A stretch of 33,934 nt of DNA. It comes from Bdellovibrionales bacterium RIFOXYD12_FULL_39_22. Its GTDB lineage: Bacteria; Bdellovibrionota; Bacteriovoracia; Bacteriovoracales; Bacteriovoracaceae. The position numbers and the translations under genes were made by a program. The first letter of the stretch is position 1. Each line of letters begins with the position of its first letter. Where the stretch lies: contig MEQL01000052.1 of assembly GCA_001770205.1 (NCBI GenBank), positions 62,001-95,934 of the forward strand, read 5' to 3'. Shown piece by piece: positions 1 through 9,380 of this stretch. Under the pieces are notes generated by a model, which was not told the origin of the DNA, ran no database searches, and saw only the letters and a program-made list of their open reading frames with translations.

Positions 1-571
1 TGCCAATTTTTCCTTCTCTTCTTACAATAAGTGGGGCACGATCTGTCACCGGTCGGTCCAATTTTATCAGTGCATAGTCGTCACTATTTGATGAAGACTG
101 GGCCCTTTCAACAATCGACACACAAGAATAAACACTACTTTTTAACAATGTTGAAATAATCGGACGGCCCTCGTCAGTAACATTATAATCAAAGGCCCAT
201 TTGAATCCATCACAATCACTCTGCTTGGTCACGCAATGTCCAGCAGTAACCAGCAAATCTGGCCCCACCAAAAAACCAGAACATCGGGCAACGGCAGTTT
301 GATTGGCAAAACGCTCATCAGCACAGAGATTCATTCCCGACTGTAAAGTTCCACCTTTGATCGTATAATAGTCACTAACACCGTCGTCAATAAAAGTAGA
401 ATTGCCGATTTGTGCAGCAGTTGACTGCGCTAACTGAAGATGTAATCCATCAGTTGCTTCGAAGAGATCAAGTCGATTATCGTCACCGTATATAACTTTA
501 TTGCGAGCAAACAATGACGAAGATAAAATTAATAATATGCCAACAATTGCAGAAACCATCCATGAATTCAT
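1..571 (-). CDS. Secreted trypsin-like (S1) serine protease, 3' part truncated by the window edge
   Basis: Not in the ORF track; translated by hand from ATG at 571 (AAGGA RBS at 581-585): MNSWMVSAIVGILLILSSSLFA signal peptide, then RNKVIYGDDNR, CSGFLVGPDLLVTAGHC (catalytic His motif) and DDYALIKLDRPV (catalytic Asp motif). Confidence 0.88.
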   Translation of the reverse strand, partial: MNSWMVSAIVGILLILSSSLFARNKVIYGDDNRLDLFEATDGLHLQLAQSTAAQIGNSTFIDDGVSDYYTIKGGTLQSGMNLCADERFANQTAVARCSGFLVGPDLLVTAGHCVTKQSDCDGFKWAFDYNVTDEGRPIISTLLKSSVYSCVSIVERAQSSSNSDDYALIKLDRPVTDRAPLIVRREGKIG

Positions 572-706
572 AAATACACATCCTTGGTAATTAATTAGCG
601 TTTAAAACGAAAAAAGAACTGCCATGTTCTCATTCGTCAGAAGAAACCTAATGTTCCTCCCATTACTGCTTTGAATAATTATCTGGAAGCAATTTCTAGT
701 TGACAA

Positions 707-1087
707 CTAACAACTTCTTACATGAGTAGAATCTGTTCGAAAACTCCAGCGCCGCCCATCCATATCAATCAGGTAAAACACTCCACTTTTATCCTCTATA
801 ATAATTTCTCTACTCAGCTCTTCTTTGCGATACAACAAAAAACGCCCTTTCTTTATTAATGCTTCTAACTCTTCACTAGTATCCATGAGAAAATTTAAAT
901 CTGTTGGAACAACTTTTTCTCTGTTATCTGAAGAAATATTCACAAAGCGAAAGCAAATACCATCATAGAATAAATCAACATCGCATCCGTTTGCCACTGT
1001 ATCAACATCCAAAAGCTGGCCCAAAAAATTGGCCAGCAAATTCTTATTAGTTGTATATATGGTTATACCAGAAAAAGAGATACTCAT
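707..1087 (-). CDS. Small hypothetical protein, probable VOC/glyoxalase-like fold
   Basis: 126 aa; ITIYTTN..LLANFL..LL start and FYLIDMDGRRW end resemble the VOC F.DPDGN pattern; start codon overlaps the ftsH stop (TAATG). Confidence 0.6.
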   Translation of the reverse strand: MSISFSGITIYTTNKNLLANFLGQLLDVDTVANGCDVDLFYDGICFRFVNISSDNREKVVPTDLNFLMDTSEELEALIKKGRFLLYRKEELSREIIIEDKSGVFYLIDMDGRRWSFRTDSTHVRSC

Positions 1088-3033
1088 TATACCGGGGCAG
1101 GATTGGGGATTTTTCCATTACTAGCTAGGTCACTATCTTTGTTATCATTGGTGCTGATTTCTTGTGAGGCAGATGGATGATTATTGCCATCATTTTTCTT
1201 GTTATTAAATACTGGCACTCCAATATCTTTTCCATCAACGATATCACGAATCTGTGCATAATCTAACGTTTCCCAAATAATAAGTTTTTCTGCAAGTCGA
1301 GTTAGGGCCTCGCGATGTTGCGTTAAAATTCCCACCGCTTGTTTGTAGTTGTTATCAATCAGAGAAAATACTTCATCATCGATATCACGAGCTTTGCTTT
1401 CAGAATAACCATTTTGTTCAATGGGGTTAGCGAAAGGGGAAATTCCAGTTTTTTCAAAACGAATAGGGCCCAATTTTTTTGACATCCCCCAATGACAAAC
1501 CATTTTATGTGCTAATGCCGTTGCCCGTTCAATATCATTACTAGCACCGTTGGTAATTTCTCCAAAAACTAGCTCCTCGGCACAACGCCCGCCCATTAAA
1601 AAAGAAATATAGTTACGGGCCTTTTCTGAACTTAAGCTTAGCATGTCCTCATTTGGTAGTGTCTGAGTTACTCCCAGTGCTGCGCCTCGAGGAATAATGC
1701 TAACTTTGTGAATAGGATCTGTCTGCGGAAGATTCATGCCAACCAGTGTATGGCCGGCCTCATGATAGGCAGTATTACGCTTTTCTTTGTCGGATAAAAC
1801 CATAGAACGTCTCTCCGAACCCATTAAAACTTTGTCTTTAGCATATTCGAAGTCTACATTTTCCAATCCCTTCTTATTCAAGCGAGCTGCTTGCAACGCC
1901 GCCTCATTTACCAAGTTGGCCAAATCTGCTCCAGAAAAACCTGGGGTGCCTTTGGCAATATCATCCAAGCGAACATCACCATTAAGTGGCGTTTTTCCTG
2001 TATGGACTTTCAAAATACCTAGACGCCCACGAATATCGGGAAGTGAAACGGTAACTCTTCTATCAAAACGGCCTGGCCGAAGTAGCGCTGGGTCCAATAC
2101 GTCAATACGGTTAGTAGCGGCAACCAAAATAACACCCTCATTAGACTCAAATCCATCCATTTCCACAAGTAGTTGGTTTAGTGTTTGCTCTCTTTCATCA
2201 TGGCCTCCGCCTAGTCCAGAGCCACGATGTCGTCCTACTGCATCTATCTCATCAACAAAAATAATACAGGGTGCATTTTTCTTTCCTTGTTCAAAAAGAT
2301 CACGCACTCGGGAAGCACCAACACCGACAAACATCTCTACAAAATCAGAACCGGAGATAGAAAAAAATGGAACATCAGCTTCTCCGGCAACTGCACGCGC
2401 TAATAATGTTTTTCCAGTTCCTGGAGGGCCGACAAGAATCACTCCCTTCGGAATTTTTCCGCCTAATGCTGTATATTTTTTTGGATCTTTTAAGAAGTCT
2501 ACTACCTCCACTAACTCATCTTTGGCCTCTTCAATTCCGGCCACATCTTTGAACGTAACTTTTTTATCGCTGGGGCTTAACATTTTGGCCCGAGATTTGC
2601 CAAAACTCATGGCCTTACCACCACCTGCTTGAATCTGTCGCAAAAAGAAGTAAAAAATGACAATCAATAAAATCATCGGCCCCCAATTAATTAGAAGTGT
2701 GGTGAAAAAATCTGGTTTTTCCTCTTCCTCATAATTAGGAGTCATTTTATGCTGGCGGAGGAGATTGAAAGTGGTCTCTCCTGTATCACCAATTAATCTA
2801 AATCTAGAGTTCTCCTCATCTTTACCATCATGGCCTGCTCGAAATTTGCCCATAATGACATTTTTACCCTTAAAGGTAACTTCCTCAACCTGCCCGGCCT
2901 CCACGGCCGTAATAAATTCAGAGTATTTTATTTTTTTGTAATATGTTTTCCCTTCATTAACCATTTTTGCAATCAGGGCAAACATCAAAATTCCAACTAT
3001 CCAAAGGGTCAACGTTTTTTGATGCGGTCTCAT
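1087..3033 (-). CDS. ftsH: ATP-dependent zinc metalloprotease FtsH
   Basis: Two N-terminal TM segments, Walker A GPPGTGKT, Walker [12 protein letters not shown] region ATNR...LLRPGRFDR, Zn motif HEAGH, GASNDIE. Confidence 0.99.
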   Translation of the reverse strand: MRPHQKTLTLWIVGILMFALIAKMVNEGKTYYKKIKYSEFITAVEAGQVEEVTFKGKNVIMGKFRAGHDGKDEENSRFRLIGDTGETTFNLLRQHKMTPNYEEEEKPDFFTTLLINWGPMILLIVIFYFFLRQIQAGGGKAMSFGKSRAKMLSPSDKKVTFKDVAGIEEAKDELVEVVDFLKDPKKYTALGGKIPKGVILVGPPGTGKTLLARAVAGEADVPFFSISGSDFVEMFVGVGASRVRDLFEQGKKNAPCIIFVDEIDAVGRHRGSGLGGGHDEREQTLNQLLVEMDGFESNEGVILVAATNRIDVLDPALLRPGRFDRRVTVSLPDIRGRLGILKVHTGKTPLNGDVRLDDIAKGTPGFSGADLANLVNEAALQAARLNKKGLENVDFEYAKDKVLMGSERRSMVLSDKEKRNTAYHEAGHTLVGMNLPQTDPIHKVSIIPRGAALGVTQTLPNEDMLSLSSEKARNYISFLMGGRCAEELVFGEITNGASNDIERATALAHKMVCHWGMSKKLGPIRFEKTGISPFANPIEQNGYSESKARDIDDEVFSLIDNNYKQAVGILTQHREALTRLAEKLIIWETLDYAQIRDIVDGKDIGVPVFNNKKNDGNNHPSASQEISTNDNKDSDLASNGKIPNPAPV

Positions 3034-3149
3034 CGATAAATCCTAAGAAAAAAATATTAATATTTTTACAAAACAGTGAGGGAGGATGGTAACACAGAGA
3101 TTATAATTATTGTAACTATTTCCTCTCGCAAACGGCCATATTTTATAGT

Positions 3150-4475
3150 TTATGGCCCTAATAAATTACAAGGGACAACTTTAAACTGCCTTGATTGATT
3201 TTTTTCTTTTTGCCAAACAAAAAGCAGTCTTGAAAAAAGTTGTATCCAAATTCCATTTTCCTGCGCATAAGCAAAGGCCAATTTAAAATATCTAAATTGA
3301 CGACGCAGTGTCGGTAACATTTTTTCTATCTCCTGATCTGTTGATATTGCAAAGAGAGGGAGTTGATGAAAACGGTGAACCTTCTCTGTGTTTTTTTTAG
3401 ATTGCAAGTATGACAACGTGGGAATATCCGCATCTTTTATTCTTTTTAGCTCCAAAAGCAAACCTTGCTCCATTTGGCCAAATAGTTTTGCCTCTGCCGA
3501 GGATTTACAAAAAACTAAAACACTAAAAAATGAAAAAACTGAGATGCTCCCTGAAAGCAAATGGGGGCCCCACTTATTGGCCTTAGCAGCACTAATTAGC
3601 TTCTGAATCGGAATGGACCAAACGCCTCTTCGTGCTACCGATAAGTGCTGGAGACTTGCCAAAATTTGTTCCGTTGCAAAAAGAAAATTACCATTTGAGG
3701 AGAGATCTATGAGGGCAGACCAATCTTCTGCGCCACTAAGCACAAATAATTGAGGTGGTGAACTATTTGCTTCCACCATCCTCGAACAATTGGCATTAAG
3801 CGCCAATTGATTGGCCCGATTTACATAATGCTTTAAGTATTGAGGAAAGCGACTTGCTAATTTAGCAATAATTGGGCGCAAAAAATTGCGCTCGAAACGC
3901 TCATCTTTGTTACTAGGATCATCTAAAAATAAAATTTTACACTCTCTGGCGTAACTTTTTATCTGATTTTTAGACAAAGACATTAGTGGACGGGCCACTC
4001 TCCGATTCAATACGGGAATACCGATGGAGGACTCTGGGGATGAACTTTTAAGCAACGATAGTAATGACCATTCAAAAGAATCGTCAATATGATGGGCGGT
4101 GTATAACAAATCATCCGGTGCCAAATAACGCATTAAATGCAAGTAACGCTCATCTCGCGCGCTGCTTTCAAAATTGGGTTGATTTAAAGAAAAATTCAGT
4201 CGCGCTACCTTCGTTTTTAAATTCAGCTGAGAGGCCATTTTTATAACAAACTTCTCTTCCTGCAAATTGGAAGACCGCGTTCCATGATTTATATGTAAAA
4301 CAGTTAACTCTTTAAGTCGATCTGGTGCAATCTCAGAAATAGACTTTAAAATATGCAGAAGAACCATTGAATCTACTCCACCAGAGACGGCCACAAAGGC
4401 CCGGCGGGAAGCAGGAAATAATCTTGCCTGCTGCATAAAGGCAAAAACATGGTTGATCATTAATTTTTTTTGCAT
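3150..4475 (-). CDS. tilS: tRNA(Ile)-lysidine synthetase TilS
   Basis: PP-loop AVSGGVDS, HINHG.R, AR..RY, TAHH.DD, RPL, DPSN, RN.LR motifs; classic tilS-ftsH synteny. Confidence 0.93.
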   Translation of the reverse strand: MQKKLMINHVFAFMQQARLFPASRRAFVAVSGGVDSMVLLHILKSISEIAPDRLKELTVLHINHGTRSSNLQEEKFVIKMASQLNLKTKVARLNFSLNQPNFESSARDERYLHLMRYLAPDDLLYTAHHIDDSFEWSLLSLLKSSSPESSIGIPVLNRRVARPLMSLSKNQIKSYARECKILFLDDPSNKDERFERNFLRPIIAKLASRFPQYLKHYVNRANQLALNANCSRMVEANSSPPQLFVLSGAEDWSALIDLSSNGNFLFATEQILASLQHLSVARRGVWSIPIQKLISAAKANKWGPHLLSGSISVFSFFSVLVFCKSSAEAKLFGQMEQGLLLELKRIKDADIPTLSYLQSKKNTEKVHRFHQLPLFAISTDQEIEKMLPTLRRQFRYFKLAFAYAQENGIWIQLFSRLLFVWQKEKNQSRQFKVVPCNLLGP

Positions 4476-4517
4476 GCTTTGAAATTAGCGCACGTCCATA
4501 ATTAATACAAATTATAA

Positions 4518-4546
4518 TTGACAGTAAAATGCGGCCCAATTATTCT
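4518..4546 (+). promoter_or_regulatory. Sigma70-type promoter of the tRNA gene
   Basis: TTGACA (4518-4523), 17-bp spacer, TATTCT (4541-4546), 24 nt upstream of the tRNA. Confidence 0.75.
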
Positions 4547-4570
4547 GCGATTTCACCAAAATATCATCTT

Positions 4571-4647
4571 GGCTTGGTAGCTCAGTTGGTTAGAGCGAGA
4601 GATTCATATCCTCTAGGTCGGCAGTTCGATTCTGCCCCAAGCCACCA
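4571..4647 (+). tRNA. tRNA with CAT anticodon, most likely elongator tRNA-Met (Ile2 not fully excluded)
   Basis: 77-nt cloverleaf: acceptor GGCTTGG/CCAAGCC, D arm GCTC/GAGC, anticodon loop TTCATAT (CAT at 4605-4607), T arm GGCAG-TTCGATT-CTGCC, A73 and encoded CCA. G1-C72 pairing and no GGG/CCC anticodon stem argue against initiator; C3-G70, U4-A69 and U38 favour Met over Ile2. Confidence 0.95.
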
Positions 4648-4666
4648 TAAAAAACACTGTCTCTAA

Positions 4667-5197
4667 TCACTGACTAACTTGCGCAGTCGGGGAAGACATC
4701 GTTTTTAATTCTTCTGGACAGGCCTCACCAACGCAAAGATAGGGAGATGGATCCGACTCTACTCCGTCTCCAAGGGCCGTCATATAAAAATAGTTGGCCT
4801 TACAGGAATCAATCAACATATCGATGGTAAAACCGCGAGCATCCGGCAAGGCCGAAGCTCCAACTTCAACGAAGGCGCCAGAAGTATCATTTTCTCTCCA
4901 ATAAACTTTATACCCAGTAATTCCGGAAATACTTTCATAAGCAAACATAATTTTAACTGTTTTCATTTTACTTTCACACGTGACGGAAAGATCTTCATAG
5001 CTCGAATCTGAAACCGTAATTAAATCCTCTACGTGAGCGACTGGCCCATCACCATCGTTGTCGGTAATGATTACTCTAACCTCCTCTCTCTCTCTTTCCG
5101 TAACAGTGTATTCACTTCCTCCACACGAAATAAGCATTAGTAAAAAAAAGAGTGCAGAAAAAAAATTAGCCCATAAGGTTTTATTCTTTCTAATCAT
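4667..5197 (-). CDS. Lipoprotein with a Cys-patterned FN3-like domain
   Basis: Likely start is ATG 5197 (AGGAG at 5204-5208) rather than 5230; lipobox LISC; GYKVYW ... YFYMTA ... ES.PS pattern typical of FN3 domains. Confidence 0.75.
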   Translation of the reverse strand: MIRKNKTLWANFFSALFFLLMLISCGGSEYTVTEREREEVRVIITDNDGDGPVAHVEDLITVSDSSYEDLSVTCESKMKTVKIMFAYESISGITGYKVYWRENDTSGAFVEVGASALPDARGFTIDMLIDSCKANYFYMTALGDGVESDPSPYLCVGEACPEELKTMSSPTAQVSQ

Positions 5198-5232
5198 GCT
5201 AGACTCCTTTTTATAATCTTCATCATCCAATT

Positions 5233-5778
5233 TTACTCTATAAGTTCTAAGACAATCGATTTGTCACTTCCACTAATGCTTTCCTCTGTCGTGACGGCCT
5301 GAATCCCTGGGCAAGTTACTCCCCAGCAAACAGCATTAGACATTTTCGACTCCTGCTTAACAGATCCTTCCGGCCGAAAATCACCTATGGCCTCACTCCC
5401 CTCACTAGCGGTATAAATAGTAAAGGCCCGAATATAAATAGTGTTTGCTTCACAAGAATCTAGGCCAGTATTAAGCATATTAAAACTTGTGGCCGCAGGA
5501 TCTCTTAACTCATAAATGAGTGGGTCAGTTCCATCCACATATTTTTTGTAAATGCGAAAACCTCCCAAATCAAGATCAGGATCAGGATACGGGGCCCAAG
5601 AAAGTGTATTGCTTAATGTTTCACAAACAGTCCTATCTACATCGTCGCTGGGATCATTAGGATTAATAGGAGAAGTCGTATCTTTTAACCTTCGCAAAAT
5701 AATAAAATTCTTGCCACAAGAACTTAGGGCCAAAACCACCAAAACTAAAGCAGCCGTGAACAAACGTCGATTTATCAT
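5233..5778 (-). CDS. Lipoprotein with a Cys-patterned FN3-like domain (paralogue of 4667..5197)
   Basis: Lipobox LSSC; TLSW...GFRIY...IYIRA...ES.MSN FN3-like pattern; GGAGG RBS upstream. Confidence 0.75.
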   Translation of the reverse strand: MINRRLFTAALVLVVLALSSCGKNFIILRRLKDTTSPINPNDPSDDVDRTVCETLSNTLSWAPYPDPDLDLGGFRIYKKYVDGTDPLIYELRDPAATSFNMLNTGLDSCEANTIYIRAFTIYTASEGSEAIGDFRPEGSVKQESKMSNAVCWGVTCPGIQAVTTEESISGSDKSIVLELIE

Positions 5779-5805
5779 AAATCCCCTCCAAGCTCTTCCA
5801 AAGTA

Positions 5806-8289
5806 CTACTCCGACAGATTTCCTATCGCAATTTTCTGTGGATTGGTCAGTCCATTTTGTTCACTGGTTAAATTAAAAATTGGATATATATCTCTGGTTG
5901 AGGCATCTAGTACTCGCTCATCAAATCCCACAACTCCACTTACCCGCCCAACAGTTGAAAGCAGAAGATATGACGCATGAGATTGCTCTTCAGGAACATA
6001 AAAGTATAAGGCGGTAGGAGTTCCAAAATTTGCCAATGAACCCAAAATAACTTTGAGCGGTTTGACTTGTGCCAGCTGGCCTTCTCCATACTGTCTTTCA
6101 ATATCTTCAACAGAGCTGAATATTTCTAACCGGCCATTTTGAGTGATGAAAATCTTGCCACTGTTTAAATCAGTTTCCAATAAAAAGTAATTATCATAAC
6201 GGCCTTCACCATATTCAAACTCCGAATCTGGCGAAACTATTTTGGTTACTATTTCACTGGCCACGATAAATTTATCTGCACGTACTAAATTATTAAGTCC
6301 ATCGGCATTTTCAAAATACAAAACCTTGAGATTTTTATCAGCAGAAGAAAGTGGTCGATACAAAAAATAAACGGTATTTTTCTTTTCATCAACTTTGTAA
6401 TCAACTAATAGGTGATTATCAATATCCGGATTAATTTTGCGCGATGGTTCTAAGCTTAAAAATTCAGCACTATTACTGTAAATACTATCAAAAGCATCCA
6501 GTCGATTATTCTTCTTATTTAGCGCATAAAGGATTCCTCTTTTGCTATCGTAGACAGTCTTGCCATAAGCACCAACAGTCACCTCTGATCCATCCATCAC
6601 TGCCACGGCCTGCTCAGCATTAAAATAGTTCCAGGCAGTCTGAATAGTGTTTGCAGCAAAGGAGAAAATAGTTCCAGCAGAAGCGATAAGGCGTTTTTTT
6701 ACGTTATCAAAAGTTATTCCGGTGATCGGAGAAGAAAATGGTGATAACTGCACTCGCGTCTTCACCACTTTAACCACTTCATTTTCAATATCTGAAATGT
6801 CAAACGCGGTCAGAACACTCTTGCGGCCTTTATCATAATCTATCACAAAAAGACGCCTTGACTCATTATCGACAGAAATACCACGAGACTGCTCAACGGA
6901 TTTACCTGATGATATTCGTAAATCTGGAGCAACTTTTCCATCAAGTGCCGAAGCATTGTTAAATGTAATGACATTATATCGACTATTTTCCAAAGGACGG
7001 CCGGCAATAAAAAGACGATTCTTGCTAGTATCAAAGGCCAAGCCACCTGCCTCATTGGGAACGACTTGAAGCCACCAATCCTTATTTTTAATTATTCTGT
7101 TCGGCTTTCTCATTCCATTAAGTCGCTCTCTTCCATATGGATTATAAGTAGCGCCAGCTTGTTCATGAAATACAATAACCTCTCCGCTCTCATTTAAAAC
7201 ATATAGGTGTTTATTTTTCTGATCAAACGCTACATCCATGGGAAACTTCATATGAGTAACTGAACCAAAAAGTTTCCCAACAGGCGAAGCTTCTCCGTCT
7301 ACTTTATTGGCCGGATAAAAAGCTAAAAGCGCATCACCATTACCCGAATGACAACTAACGTAGAGGACATTTCTTTCAATATCAACAGTAATTCCCGATG
7401 GACCTTTTACCCACGACAGACGGCCTTCTATCACTCTATTTGGAGAAATATCGCCCTGTAAAATGCTGGCCTTGTCATAGATAGTAATCGCATTTGAACC
7501 ATTATTGGCGACATAAAGTACATCATTATTCTCATCAACAAAAAGCCCGGCCGGTCGATTCAATTTGGCAGAAGGCCCCTCAATAATTCTCGTCTCAGAG
7601 GCCACCTCATCGCTTTTTACGTTTGTAAAAACCAAAATGCCGTTTATCTGACTAGTCGTCATATAAAGGACATCCTTTATCGAATCGTAGGCAGAGTGCA
7701 CCAGAGTATGTCCACGAGGATTATTAATTTTTACTGTCGGGGCCAGCTGTGGATTATCGTTAGGAAAAGGATATATTAAAATCTGACTATCCCCATTTTG
7801 CACAAAAAGAGAAAGGCGCATATTCATTGTTGTTTGAAATTGCGGCCCAGGGGCCGTCGCTGTTTGACTTTCCTGTCCATAGGCCCTAACCATGAAACTA
7901 TATTTGCGCCCTGGCAAAATTTTTATTCCAGTGGATTGATCTAAAATTATTTTATGATTTTTATAATAATTGACTTGCGGATATTCAGAAGTAATCCCTG
8001 CAAAAACCTCCTCTACCTGTCCATCATCGCTAAGAAGCGATATGTCCACCTCCCCTTGTGTCGGAATGTTGGTGGCCCAACTAATCAGCGCCCTACTTTT
8101 TGACAACACCTTGGCCTGCACATTGTTAATTATGATTTCCGTTGGCGGTGGTTTAGGTTTCACTGTTTGATTGGCAATCTCTCGAATGTAAGTAATTTTT
8201 TTAGGTGGTGCTTTAATTTGATCAGCTTGAGAACAGGACACTAAAGCAAAAATTGTAAGATAAAAAATAGCAGTAATTAGTCGACTCAT
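5806..8289 (-). CDS. Large lipoprotein: N-terminal FN3-like domain plus NHL-like beta-propeller repeats
   Basis: Lipobox LVSC; ALISWATN...LPGRKYSFMVRA FN3-like domain; repeated blades RIIEGPSAKLNRPAGLFVDENNDVLYVAN, RVIEGRLSWVKGPSGITVDIERNVLYVS, KLFGSVTHMKFPMDVAFDQKNKHLYVLN; AGGAG RBS. Confidence 0.8.
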   Translation of the reverse strand: MSRLITAIFYLTIFALVSCSQADQIKAPPKKITYIREIANQTVKPKPPPTEIIINNVQAKVLSKSRALISWATNIPTQGEVDISLLSDDGQVEEVFAGITSEYPQVNYYKNHKIILDQSTGIKILPGRKYSFMVRAYGQESQTATAPGPQFQTTMNMRLSLFVQNGDSQILIYPFPNDNPQLAPTVKINNPRGHTLVHSAYDSIKDVLYMTTSQINGILVFTNVKSDEVASETRIIEGPSAKLNRPAGLFVDENNDVLYVANNGSNAITIYDKASILQGDISPNRVIEGRLSWVKGPSGITVDIERNVLYVSCHSGNGDALLAFYPANKVDGEASPVGKLFGSVTHMKFPMDVAFDQKNKHLYVLNESGEVIVFHEQAGATYNPYGRERLNGMRKPNRIIKNKDWWLQVVPNEAGGLAFDTSKNRLFIAGRPLENSRYNVITFNNASALDGKVAPDLRISSGKSVEQSRGISVDNESRRLFVIDYDKGRKSVLTAFDISDIENEVVKVVKTRVQLSPFSSPITGITFDNVKKRLIASAGTIFSFAANTIQTAWNYFNAEQAVAVMDGSEVTVGAYGKTVYDSKRGILYALNKKNNRLDAFDSIYSNSAEFLSLEPSRKINPDIDNHLLVDYKVDEKKNTVYFLYRPLSSADKNLKVLYFENADGLNNLVRADKFIVASEIVTKIVSPDSEFEYGEGRYDNYFLLETDLNSGKIFITQNGRLEIFSSVEDIERQYGEGQLAQVKPLKVILGSLANFGTPTALYFYVPEEQSHASYLLLSTVGRVSGVVGFDERVLDASTRDIYPIFNLTSEQNGLTNPQKIAIGNLSE

Positions 8290-8378
8290 GAATAAATCTC
8301 CTGAAAAATTTATGACATTCTAACACAACACTCAATAACAGTTAATTATCAAATGGGGAATTGAAAATTTTACCTTTT

Positions 8379-9380
8379 TTAGAAAAGTGATCGAAAAAAA
8401 TCAGCGGTTTTTATCAATCCCTCTTCAAAAGAAACAGAGGCACGATAACCAGTTAGCGTAACGAGCTTAGTCAAATCAGGCCGACGCATTTTGGGATCAT
8501 CCTCCAACAGATGATGATCTATAAACGTAATTTTTGAAGATGATTTCAAATATTTAACAATAACTTCGGCCGCTTCTCGAACAGTATATTCTCCTGAATT
8601 GCCAATATTAAAAGGCATATGATCGGAACTGAACATTACATGATGCATAGATTCAATTAAATCAGAAATATAACAAAAAGAGCGAGTCTGTGCACCATCA
8701 CCATAAACGGTTATCTCTTGGTTTTTTAACGCTTGATTTATAAAATTAGGGATCATCCGGCCATCATTAGGACGCATCCGTGGGCCATAGGTATTAAAAA
8801 TCCGTACAATTCTAGTATCAACTTTAAATTTTTTATGAAAAGAAGTAGTTAAGGCTTCCGCAAAACGCTTTGACTCATCATAACAAGACCTTGGGCCAAT
8901 AGGATTTACATTCCCCCAATAGCTCTCTACCTGAGGATGAATCTCCGGATCACCGTAAACCTCCGAGGTAGAGGCCTCCAAAAAACGGGCTCCCTTTTGC
9001 TGGGCAAGCAATAGCAGACGCCACACCCCTTCTGAATTAACTCGCATAATCTCCAGCGGAATTTGCGAAAAATCAATGGGCGAGGCCGGAGAGGCCAAGG
9101 AGTAGATAAAATCAATCTTAGTTTTATCAAGAGATGGAAGTTTTTGCGTAATATCCATTTCGTGAAATTCAAAATTCTTATATTTAGACAAAAGTTCGAT
9201 ATTAGACGGAGATCCCGTTATAAAGTTATCAACCCCAATAACCTTTGCCCCCTTCTCCAAATAATATTCGCAAAGATGGGAAGGAATAAATCCGGCCGCA
9301 CCGGCAACAAAGAACGTTAAAGACTCATAATTTTCCGGAAATCGACAAGTAGTATTCGTCATAAATAGCGCATGCTCCAA
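8379..9380 (-). CDS. UDP-glucuronic acid decarboxylase family (NAD-dependent epimerase/dehydratase, extended SDR)
   Basis: GAAGFIPSH, LASPASP, ASTSEVYGDP, YDESKR (YxxxK), RIFNTYGPRM, QTRSFCY, DDP..R.PD. Alternative start ATG at 9362. Confidence 0.93.
   Translation of the reverse strand: MEHALFMTNTTCRFPENYESLTFFVAGAAGFIPSHLCEYYLEKGAKVIGVDNFITGSPSNIELLSKYKNFEFHEMDITQKLPSLDKTKIDFIYSLASPASPIDFSQIPLEIMRVNSEGVWRLLLLAQQKGARFLEASTSEVYGDPEIHPQVESYWGNVNPIGPRSCYDESKRFAEALTTSFHKKFKVDTRIVRIFNTYGPRMRPNDGRMIPNFINQALKNQEITVYGDGAQTRSFCYISDLIESMHHVMFSSDHMPFNIGNSGEYTVREAAEVIVKYLKSSSKITFIDHHLLEDDPKMRRPDLTKLVTLTGYRASVSFEEGLIKTADFFRSLF

Noticed and set aside
1787..2632. 281-aa plus-strand ORF
   Set aside because: Entirely antisense to the conserved FtsH AAA domain; a typical shadow ORF with no motifs of its own.
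3050..3067. 18-bp perfect palindrome AAAAATATTAATATTTTT upstream of ftsH
   Set aside because: A/T-only in an AT-rich spacer and not a CIRCE element; could easily arise by chance.
5552..5980. 142-aa plus-strand ORF
   Set aside because: Antisense to two well-supported lipoprotein genes.
4630..8380. Genomic island integrated at the tRNA 3' end
   Set aside because: No integrase and no duplicated tRNA 3' end at a distal boundary (only a chance 10-mer near 7038 inside a CDS); the genes carry the host GGCC signature.
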